DNA from: Candidatus Nitrospinota bacterium M3_3B_026
GTDB lineage: Bacteria; Nitrospinota_A; UBA7883; JBPRGF01
Reading direction: 5' to 3'
Assembly: GCA_051418015.1 (NCBI GenBank)
Contig: JBPRGF010000003.1
Location: 32,001 to 96,000, forward strand
Length of the DNA: 64,000 nucleotides
In this document: positions 28,955 through 38,205 of the stretch, piece after piece
Numbering within the stretch: the stretch's first letter is position 1
Layout: each line of letters opens with the position of its first letter
Program-made: the position numbers and the translations under genes
Notes under the pieces: generated by a model
Told to the model about the DNA's origin: nothing
Seen by the model: the letters and a program-made list of their open reading frames with translations, nothing else
The model's database searches: none

Positions 28955-29758
28955 ATGAAAACAGGGACTGTCACGGAAACAAAAGCGGCCAGGGACGCGC
29001 TGGTCATCGCGGGCAGGGAGTTCGGCTCCCGCCTGCTCACGGGGACGGGCAAGTTCCGCTCCCCTGATGACATGGTGAGGGCCATAGAGGCCTCAGGCTC
29101 GGAGGTGGTGACGGTGTCGCTTCGCAGGGTGGACCTCGAAAACCCCGGCGACCACATCATGAGCCACCTGGATCCTGAAAAATACCTGGTGCTGCCGAAC
29201 ACATCCGGGGCCAGGGACGCCGAGGAGGCCGTCCGGCTGGCGAGGCTCGCCCGCGCGGCGGGGGTCTCGGACTGGGTGAAGCTCGAGGTCACGCCCGACC
29301 CGCGCTACCTTCTGCCCGATCCGGCGGAGACGCTGAAAGCGGCCCGGATACTCGTCAAGGAGGGGTTCACGGTTCTGCCCTATATCAACGCCGACCCCAT
29401 CCTGGCCCGGCGGCTGGCCGACGAAGGGACAGCCACGGTCATGCCGCTGGGCTCGCCCATCGGCAGCAACCGGGGGCTTAAGACCCGCGACTCCATCGCC
29501 ATCATCATAGAGCAGGCGACGGTGCCCGTCGTCGTGGACGCGGGGCTCGGCGCGCCCTCCCACGCCTCGGAGGCGATGGAGATGGGGGCGGACGCCGTGT
29601 TGGTCAACACCGCCATAGCCGTCGCGGCCGACCCGGCGGCTATGGGGGCGGCTTTCAGAAAGGGGGTTGAGGCGGGCCGCGAGGCGTACCTTGCCGGGCT
29701 TGGCAAACCCCTGGCCGGGGCGGAAGCGTCGAGCCCCCTGTCCGGCCTGCCCTGGTAG
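28955..29758 (+). CDS. thiG: Thiazole synthase
   Basis: SRLL.GTGK, PNTSG, WVKLEV and VDAG motifs. Confidence 0.96.
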   Translation: MKTGTVTETKAARDALVIAGREFGSRLLTGTGKFRSPDDMVRAIEASGSEVVTVSLRRVDLENPGDHIMSHLDPEKYLVLPNTSGARDAEEAVRLARLARAAGVSDWVKLEVTPDPRYLLPDPAETLKAARILVKEGFTVLPYINADPILARRLADEGTATVMPLGSPIGSNRGLKTRDSIAIIIEQATVPVVVDAGLGAPSHASEAMEMGADAVLVNTAIAVAADPAAMGAAFRKGVEAGREAYLAGLGKPLAGAEASSPLSGLPW

Positions 29759-29836
29759 CGCACCACCCCCGAATGTCACGGCGGGACGAGACGTGAATGG
29801 TGTATGATGAACATGTTTAGCGTGGAGAAATGAAAA

Positions 29837-30046
29837 ATGCTTGGAATACGATTGCCCGCTGACATCGAAAAACGGCTGGACGAACTGGCGAAGAAAACGG
29901 GCAGGACAAAAACTTACTACGCGCGCATGGCCATTCTCGAGTATCTGGATGACCTGGAGGAGGGATATCTCGCCCTTGAGCGCCTGAACGACAAGAACGC
30001 GAAATATCTGACCACCGCTGAGATCAAGAGAAATCTTGGCCTTTAA
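29837..30046 (+). CDS. RHH antitoxin (RelB/TraY-like)
   Basis: MLGIRLP..IE.RLD.LA.KTGRTKTYY.R.AI. Confidence 0.85.
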   Translation: MLGIRLPADIEKRLDELAKKTGRTKTYYARMAILEYLDDLEEGYLALERLNDKNAKYLTTAEIKRNLGL

Positions 30047-30305
30047 ATTGCGGTGGGAAGTGAGGGCCCAGGAAGACTTAAGGGGTCTGGACAAGACCGC
30101 GGCGAGGCGAATAATCAACAAGGTTTCGGGCCACCTTGTGAAGGACCCATTCAACCTGTCGGCGGCTTTAAAAGGCAACCTCCACGGGTTGTACAGATAC
30201 CGCGTGGGTGATTACCGGGTGATTTTCGCCGCCGACCAGTCAGCCCGGACGCTCCAGGTACTCTGGGTAGGGCACAGGAGGAGCATCTACTCATCGCGAA
30301 AATGA
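30036..30305 (+). CDS. RelE/ParE family toxin (TTG start)
   Basis: L.G.L.GLYRYRVGDYRVI...VGHRR.IY; overlaps the antitoxin and thiH. Confidence 0.88.
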   Translation: MAFKLRWEVRAQEDLRGLDKTAARRIINKVSGHLVKDPFNLSAALKGNLHGLYRYRVGDYRVIFAADQSARTLQVLWVGHRRSIYSSRK

Positions 30306-31453
30306 TGAACGCTCTAGAATTTTTCGAGACATGGGAAAGACTTCAGGACGGCGTCCTCGACCGGGCGATCGAGAAGGTCGAGAGCGCCGGCCCTGATGAC
30401 GTCCGGGCGGCCATAGCTTCCGCGCCGGTCTCTTTCGACGGTTTCATGGCTCTGCTCTCGCCGGCCGCGGACGCGGAAAGGGACGCCGTGGAAAAAGCGG
30501 CCCGCGAGTTGACCGGGCAGCGCTTCGGCCGCGTGGTGAACCTTTATATCCCGTTGTACCTCTCCAATCATTGCGTCAACTCCTGCTCCTACTGCGGCTT
30601 CAGCAAAAACCGCGGCGTCCCGCGCAAAACCCTCACCATGGCCGAGGTGGAGCGGGAGGCGGCCCGCCTGCGCGCCGAAGGCTACAGGAGCGTCCTGCTC
30701 GTCGCGGGCGAGGACGGGCGCGAGGTCTCCGTCGCTTTTCTCGGGGAATGCGTGCGGTTGTTGAAGAAGATGGGGTTCGTCTTCGTCGGGATCGAGGTCC
30801 AGCCGCTGTCCGAGGATGAGTACCGCGGCCTCGGCGCCGCGGGGCTGGACGGGGTGACGATATACCAGGAAACCTACGACAGGGACGTCTACGAACGTGT
30901 CCATCCCGCCGGACCGAAACGGGACTTCGCCCGCAGGATGGAGACGGCCGGGCGGGCGGCCCGGGCGGGGATACGGTCCGTGGGCCTCGGCGTCCTTTTG
31001 GGGCTTTCGGACTTCCGCCGCGAGGCGATACTCCTCGCCGCCCATGTCCGCCATATCCAGAAACATTACTGGCAGGCCGCCGTCTCGGTCAGCTTCCCCA
31101 GGCTTCGCGTCGCGCCCCCAGGCTTCAGGGCTCAAAACCCTGTCTCCGATGACGAGCTTTTCAGGATGATCCTGGCCATGAGGCTGGCCAACCCGGACTG
31201 CGCCCTCACCCTCTCCACCCGCGAGGCCCCGGCTTTCCGGGACAGGCTCTTTGGCGCGGGGATAACCCAAGTGAGCGCCGGGTCGAAAACATCACCCGGC
31301 GGCTACGCCATCGCCGCCGAGGACTCCGGCTCCGGCGAGCAGTTCCCGGTCGTGGATGACCGCCCACCGCGTGAGGTGGTGGAGGCTATCCGCGGAAAGG
31401 GGCTGGAATGGGTCTGGAAAGACTGGGACGTGAACCTGAAGCCGGTGTCGTGA
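30302..31453 (+). CDS. thiH: 2-iminoacetate synthase (radical SAM)
   Basis: PLYLSN.C.N.C.YCGF, YQETY, STRE and KDWD motifs. Confidence 0.95.
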   Translation: MMNALEFFETWERLQDGVLDRAIEKVESAGPDDVRAAIASAPVSFDGFMALLSPAADAERDAVEKAARELTGQRFGRVVNLYIPLYLSNHCVNSCSYCGFSKNRGVPRKTLTMAEVEREAARLRAEGYRSVLLVAGEDGREVSVAFLGECVRLLKKMGFVFVGIEVQPLSEDEYRGLGAAGLDGVTIYQETYDRDVYERVHPAGPKRDFARRMETAGRAARAGIRSVGLGVLLGLSDFRREAILLAAHVRHIQKHYWQAAVSVSFPRLRVAPPGFRAQNPVSDDELFRMILAMRLANPDCALTLSTREAPAFRDRLFGAGITQVSAGSKTSPGGYAIAAEDSGSGEQFPVVDDRPPREVVEAIRGKGLEWVWKDWDVNLKPVS

Positions 31454-31479
31454 CGATTTGCGATGCTGGTTGAAGGGCT

Positions 31480-31581
31480 GTCATGCTGAAGCATCCCGCA
31501 ACTTAAATGATGGCGCCCTGAACTCGTTTCAGGGTCTCAGGGCGTTGCAACCCGAGATGCTGAAACAAGTTCAGCATGACA
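31480..31581. repeat. REP-like palindrome, CTGAACTCGTTTCAG type
   Basis: gtcatgctgaa...ccctgaactcgtttcagggtctc...gagatgctgaaacaagttcagcatgac. Confidence 0.75.
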
Positions 31582-31626
31582 TTATGGGACAAAGACGAGG
31601 CATGACTGGACTTTTTGACGATGACC

Positions 31627-31824
31627 ATGAAAATAATCCTCAACGGAAAAGACGCCGAGGCCCGCGAGGGGGAGACGCTGGCCGAACTCGCCGAGCGGCT
31701 GGGCCTGGCCGGCCCGTTCGCCGCGCAGGTCAACGACGACATCATCCCCCGCGAGAAGCTCCCGGAGGCGACCCTGAAGGAAGGCGACCGGGTTGAGTTT
31801 TTCAGAGTGATGGCGGGGGGATGA
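31627..31824 (+). CDS. thiS: Sulfur carrier ThiS
   Basis: MKIILNG start, L.EGDRVE, C-terminal GG. Confidence 0.92.
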   Translation: MKIILNGKDAEAREGETLAELAERLGLAGPFAAQVNDDIIPREKLPEATLKEGDRVEFFRVMAGG

Positions 31825-31880
31825 AAACGCGATAAAATTGTAAAATAAAACTGAAACCGATTTTATCCGGGAATCAAGCG

Positions 31881-32027
31881 ATGAAAATCAAAGTGGTGGT
31901 TCACGAGGCGGACGAGGGCGGCTACTGGGCCGAGGTTCCCGCCTTGCCGGGCTGCGCGACGCAGGGGGAGACTTTCGAGGAGTTGTTGCAAAATCTTTAC
32001 GAGGCCGTGGAAGCCTGCCTCTCCTAG
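31881..32027 (+). pseudogene. HicB-family antitoxin, short or truncated (48 aa, not in the ORF track)
   Basis: MKIKVVVHEADEGGYWAEVPALPGCATQGETFEELLQNLYEAVEACLS. Confidence 0.8.
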
Positions 32028-32055
32028 TGAAAACCTTCTCTCTCCCCGGCTGCCC

Positions 32056-33000
32056 ATGACCGCCCGCCCCCTCCGCCTCGGCCTGGCCCTCGGCAGCGGC
32101 TCCGCCCGCGGATGGTCCCACATTGGCGTCATCCGCGCGTTGCAGGAAGAAGGGATCGAGCCGGACGTCGTCGCGGGCAGCTCCATCGGCGCCCTCGTGG
32201 GGGCGGTATACCTCTCCGGCGGGCTGGACGCTTTCGAAGAATGGCTGCGGGCGCTCACCTGGAAGGAGATTCTGCATTACCTGGACGTGGGGCTTGTGGG
32301 CGGCGGGATGATCCAGGGGGACAAGCTGATGAAGATGCTGGGCCGCTATATAAAAGATGTTCGCGTCGAGGACCTTCCAAAACGTCTCGGCGCGGTGGCC
32401 ACGGACCTCGGCTCCGGGCGGGAGACGTGGCTCAAGGAGGGTCCGCTGCTTCGCGCCGTGCGGGCCTCCATCGCCATGCCGGGCCTTTTCACCCCCGTGA
32501 AGCTTGACGGCCAGTGGCTGGTGGACGGGGGGCTTGTCAACCCCGCGCCGGTGTCGCTGTGCCGGGCGCTGGGGGCGGAGGTGGTGATCGCCGTCAACCT
32601 GAACGCCGACATCGTCGGAGGGCGCAGGCCGCGCTTCGCCCCACGGCTCGGCGCGGGCAAAAAGCAGGGTAGGGCGCCGGACCCTGAGACCCTGAGCGGG
32701 CTGACTGAACGGCTCAAGAACGACCTGAAGGAGCGGGCCGACGCGTTGCTCGACCAGCTTTTCGCCCCCGAGCGGGACACGCCGGGCCTTTTCGAGACGG
32801 CGGCCAAGTCCATCCACATCATGCAAGACCGGATAACCAGAAGCCGCATGGCGGGAGACCCGCCGGAGGTCATCATCGCCCCGCGGCTTTTACAAATCGG
32901 GTTGATGGAGTTCGACAGGGCCGAGGAGGCGATAGACGGCGGCATCGAAGCCGCCCGCCGCGCCATGCCGGATATCAAGCAGGCGCTGGGGAGGGGGTGA
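32056..33000 (+). CDS. rssA: Patatin-like phospholipase (RssA type)
   Basis: GSGSARG..HIG, GSSIG and DGG motifs. Confidence 0.85.
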   Translation: MTARPLRLGLALGSGSARGWSHIGVIRALQEEGIEPDVVAGSSIGALVGAVYLSGGLDAFEEWLRALTWKEILHYLDVGLVGGGMIQGDKLMKMLGRYIKDVRVEDLPKRLGAVATDLGSGRETWLKEGPLLRAVRASIAMPGLFTPVKLDGQWLVDGGLVNPAPVSLCRALGAEVVIAVNLNADIVGGRRPRFAPRLGAGKKQGRAPDPETLSGLTERLKNDLKERADALLDQLFAPERDTPGLFETAAKSIHIMQDRITRSRMAGDPPEVIIAPRLLQIGLMEFDRAEEAIDGGIEAARRAMPDIKQALGRG

Positions 33001-33049
33001 TGACAATTTCCCGGACACCAGCCCCTTGACGGGGGAGCTTTTTGCCTTA

Positions 33050-33172
33050 TCCTCCCCCTTAGACGGGGGAGGACGCAGGTGGGGGTGTAATATTAATACC
33101 CCCTCCCCTTGATCCCCTCCCGCCAGGGGAGGGGAAATTATTTTGTTATGCCGGACTTGATCCGGCATGACA
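33050..33172. repeat. CCCTCCCC/[12 protein letters not shown] REP-like hairpins plus a GCCGGACTTGATCCGGC hairpin
   Basis: Nested inverted repeats. Confidence 0.7.
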
Positions 33173-33231
33173 CTGGAAAGAAACAAAACGTCAAAATACA
33201 AGACCTGGGCGGGATTTCTTTTTTGGCCTAC

Positions 33232-33582
33232 TTACTTAGAATATTTTTGCCCATTGGTGGAAACCAAATACAGAGTCTCACTGTATGGCAAACGTAAATA
33301 TATCGTCGCTTTTTCGCCTATTGCGCCCAATACCATTCCACGGCACAGTAAATTAACACCTCCTTGGATCCTTTTGCACATGGCATCAGGACTATCGATA
33401 AAATTGGTTTTGTTTAGACGAGAAATAATTAATGTTTTACCTTCAGGGACAGCACCAATTGGCGGAATTGTAAATATTGTTAACTGTGTATATGTAATTA
33501 AAAAAAGTGGGAACAAAAGGAAGAGCAGTAACAAGAAAAATCCTCTTTTAGGTCTCGTTTTCGATTCCTCCTTTTTATCCAT
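33232..33582 (-). CDS. AT-rich hypothetical membrane-anchored protein
   Basis: ORF with one TM helix; low GC. Confidence 0.7.
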   Translation of the reverse strand: MDKKEESKTRPKRGFFLLLLFLLFPLFLITYTQLTIFTIPPIGAVPEGKTLIISRLNKTNFIDSPDAMCKRIQGGVNLLCRGMVLGAIGEKATIYLRLPYSETLYLVSTNGQKYSK

Positions 33583-33587
33583 AATGG

Positions 33588-34226
33588 TCAACGCTTTTCT
33601 ATACAGTAAACAACCATATTATAGTCATAGGTTTTAAATTTTTCCTTTTCCCATTCATTCATACAGTAATTGATAATATTTTCAATCCCTCTTCCATTAG
33701 GTGATACAGATAAAGTTCCGTCCTTCACCAATCCTGCCTCCTTGGCTATCGCGAACAGTTTTCTAATACCTTCAAATTGTTTCTTTTCGCAGTGGCCTCT
33801 CATTTGATAATCATCTGGCCATTCATTAGCACAATAAGCCTCGATCCCGGTTTTTTTTGATTTGGAACCTTCTACTTTGCTATAAGCTTCAAATTGTTTT
33901 TTTATGCAGTGAACGACCATTCTGTAATCGTATGTATTAAATCTATGTTTTTTCCACTCATTCATGCAGCGATTAATAATTCTTTCATGGTCTCCCCCTG
34001 TTGATGAGGTAGAAAGAGTATTATCCTTAACAAGCCCGTGTTTTTCTGCAATAGAAAAAAGTTCTCTTTGCCCTTTATATTGATTATCCTCACAATATTG
34101 ACGCATCCTGAAATCCTCTTGCCATTCATCAGCGCAGTATTCTTCCACTCCGGCTGAAGCTTGATTTAAAGAAAGAAAAAATACTCCGAATACAAAAAAC
34201 GATAACTTTGCACCCAACTTAAGCAT
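33588..34226 (-). CDS. AT-rich secreted Cys/Trp tandem-repeat protein
   Basis: Signal peptide; two similar halves carrying C-x3-W...C motifs; GGAGG RBS. Confidence 0.75.
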   Translation of the reverse strand: MLKLGAKLSFFVFGVFFLSLNQASAGVEEYCADEWQEDFRMRQYCEDNQYKGQRELFSIAEKHGLVKDNTLSTSSTGGDHERIINRCMNEWKKHRFNTYDYRMVVHCIKKQFEAYSKVEGSKSKKTGIEAYCANEWPDDYQMRGHCEKKQFEGIRKLFAIAKEAGLVKDGTLSVSPNGRGIENIINYCMNEWEKEKFKTYDYNMVVYCIEKR

Positions 34227-34520
34227 AGAATTTTCCTCCCCCAAACCGTGTGGCGCCAGGTCTTGCGTTTCGACGTTTCGCGCTCTTTCTTTTCCTCTTC
34301 GATACTCAGTGAAGGCGCCGCCAGCCTGCCCCGTCCGCGCCTCGGCGTGTCCTCTCATAAATTCCCGCCCCGTGAAGTATAATATAATATGCTCTAAATA
34401 CCCTTATTCGCTACGGCTGTCAAGGGGACGGTGGCTCTGCTTTATCCTGAAACAGGAAATCAAGGCTCTTCACTTCGCCCTCGGCTCGTCCAGAACGGCA
34501 AAATGAGAATCTCTTGCGCT

Positions 34521-34650
34521 GTCATGCTGAACTCGTTTCAGCATCTCAGGCCACGGAACCCGAGACCCTGAAACAAGTTCAGGGCGGCACAAAGCGGCGC
34601 CGATGCCCGTCCCCGCCGTCCTGAGGCGCCAGGCGAAGGACCTTGCCTTT
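34521..34650. repeat. REP-like palindrome cluster
   Basis: gtcatgctgaactcgtttcagcatctc...gagaccctgaaacaagttcaggg, then gtcctgaggcgccaggcgaaggacc. Confidence 0.7.
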
Positions 34651-34715
34651 TAAAAACCCCAACCAAACCGCTGGCGGCCTATCGCTCATCGGTTTAAAAT
34701 CCTCTGCAAGAACTG

Positions 34716-35363
34716 ATGAAAAATTTCTCCGATATAGACGTCTACCCGGTCACGAACAGGGCGCTGTACGGCGCAAGGTCCGACGAACAGGTCATAGCCG
34801 CGCTGGCGGCGGGGGGGGCGAGGATCGTCCAGCTGCGGGAGAAGAACGTCTCCGACCGGGAGTTTTACGACCTGGCCGCGCTCTACCGGCGTGAGACGGC
34901 GCGGCATGACATGATGCTCATCATCAACGACCGGCCGGACATCGCCCTGGCCGTGGGGGCCGACGGGGTGCACCTAGGCCGCGACGACATGCCAATCGAG
35001 GCGGCGCGGCGGATCATGGGGCCGGACCTCATCATCGGCGCCTCCACCCACAGCGTGGCGCAGGCGCTGGAGGCGGAGGGGGAGGGGGCGTCGTATGTCA
35101 ACATCGGGCCGCTGTTCCCCACGCCGACCAAGCCGGACGCGAAGACGATCGGCCTCGATCCCGTCCGCGAGGCGGCGGCGAAACTCAAGATACCTTTCAC
35201 CGTAATGGGCGGGATAACCGAAGAGAATATCGATGATGTTCTGGCCGCGGGCGCCCGCAGGATCGGGGTCATAACCGCCATCCTCGGCGCGGAGGATATC
35301 GCCGGGGCCACCGCCCGCCTCGTGAAGCGGATACGCGGCGCCGCCATGCCGAGCGGAAAGTAG
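34716..35363 (+). CDS. thiE: Thiamine-phosphate synthase
   Basis: QLREK, IINDR.D, GVHLG, STH and PTPTK motifs. Confidence 0.95.
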   Translation: MKNFSDIDVYPVTNRALYGARSDEQVIAALAAGGARIVQLREKNVSDREFYDLAALYRRETARHDMMLIINDRPDIALAVGADGVHLGRDDMPIEAARRIMGPDLIIGASTHSVAQALEAEGEGASYVNIGPLFPTPTKPDAKTIGLDPVREAAAKLKIPFTVMGGITEENIDDVLAAGARRIGVITAILGAEDIAGATARLVKRIRGAAMPSGK

Positions 35364-35957
35364 ACCCCTGGGGCGAGTTTTCCAAGGCTCCGCCCGGCGC
35401 GCCTCCCGCGCCCATGTGAAAGCTTACGGCCCGGAGAGGTAGTGGGCGGGCGCTTATTATACATTATCGGCGCTTGGTATTATATAATGCCGAGCCAGCC
35501 ATCCGGGGCGCATCAGGCTCCTGCAGAATAAACACATCGCCCCCCCCGTTTTCGTCATATATCGCCCCAACTAGCGCGAGTATTATATATATTTTGTATA
35601 TATTATAATTGCTATGTAGCGGCGCGTATCCGCTCTGGCTGATGTATATGTTCTGTCCTTCTTTTAAATATCAGGGCGGCTCGATCCTTAAAAAGCCCTC
35701 GGCCCATAAATACCAGCGTTTTCCCCGATCGCGCGGCGTTTTTTCGGGCCTGGGGGCCGACCTTGACGCCTCAGAGCAAGCAAATCGACAAGTAGTATAC
35801 AAAACTGGGGTTATATATAAATAGCATCGCCCAGACCCCTTCGATTTGCTACGCTAAGGAAAAAAATGATCCAGGGATAATTTTCAGTTCTCGGCCAATA
35901 ATGCGCGTGATATTATACTATTGCTTCGTATTTGATAACAGCGACAAGGGGTACCGG

Positions 35958-37094
35958 ATGCGGCGGGCGGATTTTGAGCGGAACAAGCCCGGCAGGCTCG
36001 TAAAGGTAAAGCGGGGGGTCTACGCTTTTTATCCCGACCCTCTCCCTCCCGCCGTCGAGCCGGACTGGCGGACAGCCGCGGCCCTTGGCGAGGCGGAGCG
36101 GGCGCTTGGAGAGCTTCGGGGGGTGGCCCGTCTCGTCCCGGAGCGGCTCGCCTCTTTCCGGGGTCTGCTTGACCGGGCGGAGGCCCTTGTCTCCTCGCGG
36201 ATGGACGGCTCGGGCGCCACGCTCCACGACCTCCTGATATACGAACAGACCGGCGCGGGCTCCCGGGAGGCGGCGGGGGCGGCCCGGCTGCTTGCGGCCT
36301 TGCGGCGCGGCGCCGCCCTTTGCCGCGAGATGCCGCCGAACCTCAGCCTGGCCCAGGACATCCACGAGACCATGGCCGGGGCCGCGTCGCCGGGCGCTTT
36401 CCGGGCCGGTCTGCGGCGCGGGGCTGACGGACACGGCCCCGTGGAGGGCTATATCCCCCCGCCGGAGGGGCAGACCCGGGTGGCCCTGTTCGCCCTCGAC
36501 AGGTTTTTGAAGCGTCCGCCGGACCTGCCCGCCGCCGTCCGCGCCGCCTTTGTCTTCTACCAGTTCAACGCCATACATCCGTTCCATTCCGGCTCCGGGC
36601 CCATCGGCCGCGCCCTGCCGGGCCTGATGCTCTACTCCGAGGGTTTTTTGCCTTTGCCGTCGATCTTTCTGAGCCGCGGGCTGAGGCAGCGTGGGGAAGA
36701 GCTTTCCCGCCATTTCCTCGGCGTCGTCCACTCCGCCCGGTGGGACGAGTGGATACGGTTTTTCCTGGACGTCCTGGCCGGGGGCGCGCGGCAGGCCGCC
36801 TCCCTGGTGGCGGAGCTTCTGGCCCTTCACGAAAGTTATCACAGGCGGCTGGCCGCGGGGCGCGCCTCCCAGGTCCTGCCGCAGCTCGTGGACGAGCTTT
36901 TCATCAACCCGGCGGCGACCACCGCCGGGGCGGCGGAGTTTTTGAGGATCACTTTCCGCGCCGCCCAGCTCAACATCGACAAGCTCGTCGAGATGGGGAT
37001 ACTGGAGGAAGCCACGGGGCGAAAACGCGGCAGGGTCTACATCGCCCGGGAGATAGCGCGCCACGGCGAAGCTTTTGGCGGCGCCCCGGCTTGA
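35958..37094 (+). CDS. Fic family protein with degenerate motif and C-terminal wHTH
   Basis: EALVSSRMDG, AIHPFHSGSGPIGR and ILEEATGRKRGRVY motifs. Confidence 0.8.
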   Translation: MRRADFERNKPGRLVKVKRGVYAFYPDPLPPAVEPDWRTAAALGEAERALGELRGVARLVPERLASFRGLLDRAEALVSSRMDGSGATLHDLLIYEQTGAGSREAAGAARLLAALRRGAALCREMPPNLSLAQDIHETMAGAASPGAFRAGLRRGADGHGPVEGYIPPPEGQTRVALFALDRFLKRPPDLPAAVRAAFVFYQFNAIHPFHSGSGPIGRALPGLMLYSEGFLPLPSIFLSRGLRQRGEELSRHFLGVVHSARWDEWIRFFLDVLAGGARQAASLVAELLALHESYHRRLAAGRASQVLPQLVDELFINPAATTAGAAEFLRITFRAAQLNIDKLVEMGILEEATGRKRGRVYIAREIARHGEAFGGAPA

Positions 37095-37116
37095 GAGCAG
37101 GCCAGGGTCTTTTCCT

Positions 37117-37962
37117 TCAGGACGCGAGCGAGCAGACGGGCGCGAGGCCGCACCGGCGGCATTTCGAGATGTCCGGGCGGCTGACGCAATAGCCGAGCTT
37201 GCCGTAGGAGCAGATGGCGAAGTCGTACTTTACGGGATCGTCCGGGTCCATCCGGCGCAAAAAATCCGTAAGCTCCACGGCCGCTTTCCAGTCGTTCGAC
37301 CTTCGTTTCAGCATCCCAAGGAGCCTTGCTATCCGCCCGACGTGCGTGTCCAGCGGGATAACCAGCCGCGGCCTCGCCACCCGCCCGCTCCACGGCCCAG
37401 GGTCCACCCCGTCCCGGCGGACCATCCAGCGCAGGTAGAGGTTCCACCGTTTCGCCGCGGAGCCTTCCGCCGGGTCGGCCAGCAGCGACCGGAAGGCGGG
37501 AGTGTTCCGGCCGGAAAGTTTTCTGAGCGTCCTCGCCATCCCCGAAAGGCCCGGCAGGATGTCGCCGGCGCAAGGGTCGTCGAAGGCGAGAAAAAGGTCC
37601 GCCAGCGAGCCGTACCGGCGTCTTGCCTTCCCCACGGCGCCGGCAAGGGCCACGAGGTCCGCCCGCCGGTGGAAACGGTACGAAAACCCCTTCATCCACG
37701 CCCGGCTCGCGGACGGTTTGAAGTCATCGACGAACCCCGCGGGCGAAGGGCCCATCGAGGCGAGTATCCGGGCGGCGTTTTTCTGGATCAGGTCCGCCCT
37801 GCCGTAGGCGAACAGCGCGGCGAAAAGCAGCGCCACCTCCAGGTCCGCCCCATCTTTGTATCCATCCGCCGCCGCGAGAGGGTCCGGCTCCAGGTGTGAG
37901 CGGTCGAATTTTTCGAGCAGCCCGTCGAGATATGGTTTAAGGCTGGCGGGGCTGTTGTTCAT
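37117..37962 (-). CDS. TIGR02757 family protein
   Basis: AYGR, SA.KR.NLYLRWMVR, PLDTHV and DP.DPVKYDFA motifs. Confidence 0.88.
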   Translation of the reverse strand: MNNSPASLKPYLDGLLEKFDRSHLEPDPLAAADGYKDGADLEVALLFAALFAYGRADLIQKNAARILASMGPSPAGFVDDFKPSASRAWMKGFSYRFHRRADLVALAGAVGKARRRYGSLADLFLAFDDPCAGDILPGLSGMARTLRKLSGRNTPAFRSLLADPAEGSAAKRWNLYLRWMVRRDGVDPGPWSGRVARPRLVIPLDTHVGRIARLLGMLKRRSNDWKAAVELTDFLRRMDPDDPVKYDFAICSYGKLGYCVSRPDISKCRRCGLAPVCSLAS

Positions 37963-38013
37963 GGAGCGGGCGCGGTTCCCCGGGCGCGGGCCGGTTCGCC
38001 GCCCCGAATGTAC

Positions 38014-38204
38014 GGGATTCTTCGGTTCCGCCTCAGAATGATACCGCTCTCTTGCCGTGTCATAGTGAAGAGCCTCGCATCGGACGTAACAACGAGATTC
38101 TTCGCCGGAAGGCTCAGAACGACACTGGTTTTTTACGGTGTCATGCCGGGCCAGCGGTGAAACGGCTCAGTGTGACAACCGGAAACAGTTTTTTTCAACA
38201 GCCC
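38014..38204. repeat. Degenerate REP-like cluster ending in TTTTTCAACAGCCC
   Basis: Several GATTCTTCG...CTCAGAA arms; the end matches the terminus at 9751-9769. Confidence 0.65.
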
Positions 38205-38205
38205 G

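Noticed and set aside
29804..30310. ATGATGAAC direct repeat flanking the TA module as a target duplication
   Set aside because: It is only 9 bp and overlaps the probable -10/operator of the TA promoter, so chance is plausible.
35464..35490. Sigma28 promoter from GCCGATAA on the minus strand
   Set aside because: There is no TAAA-like -35 at 15-nt spacing, and it points antisense into thiE.
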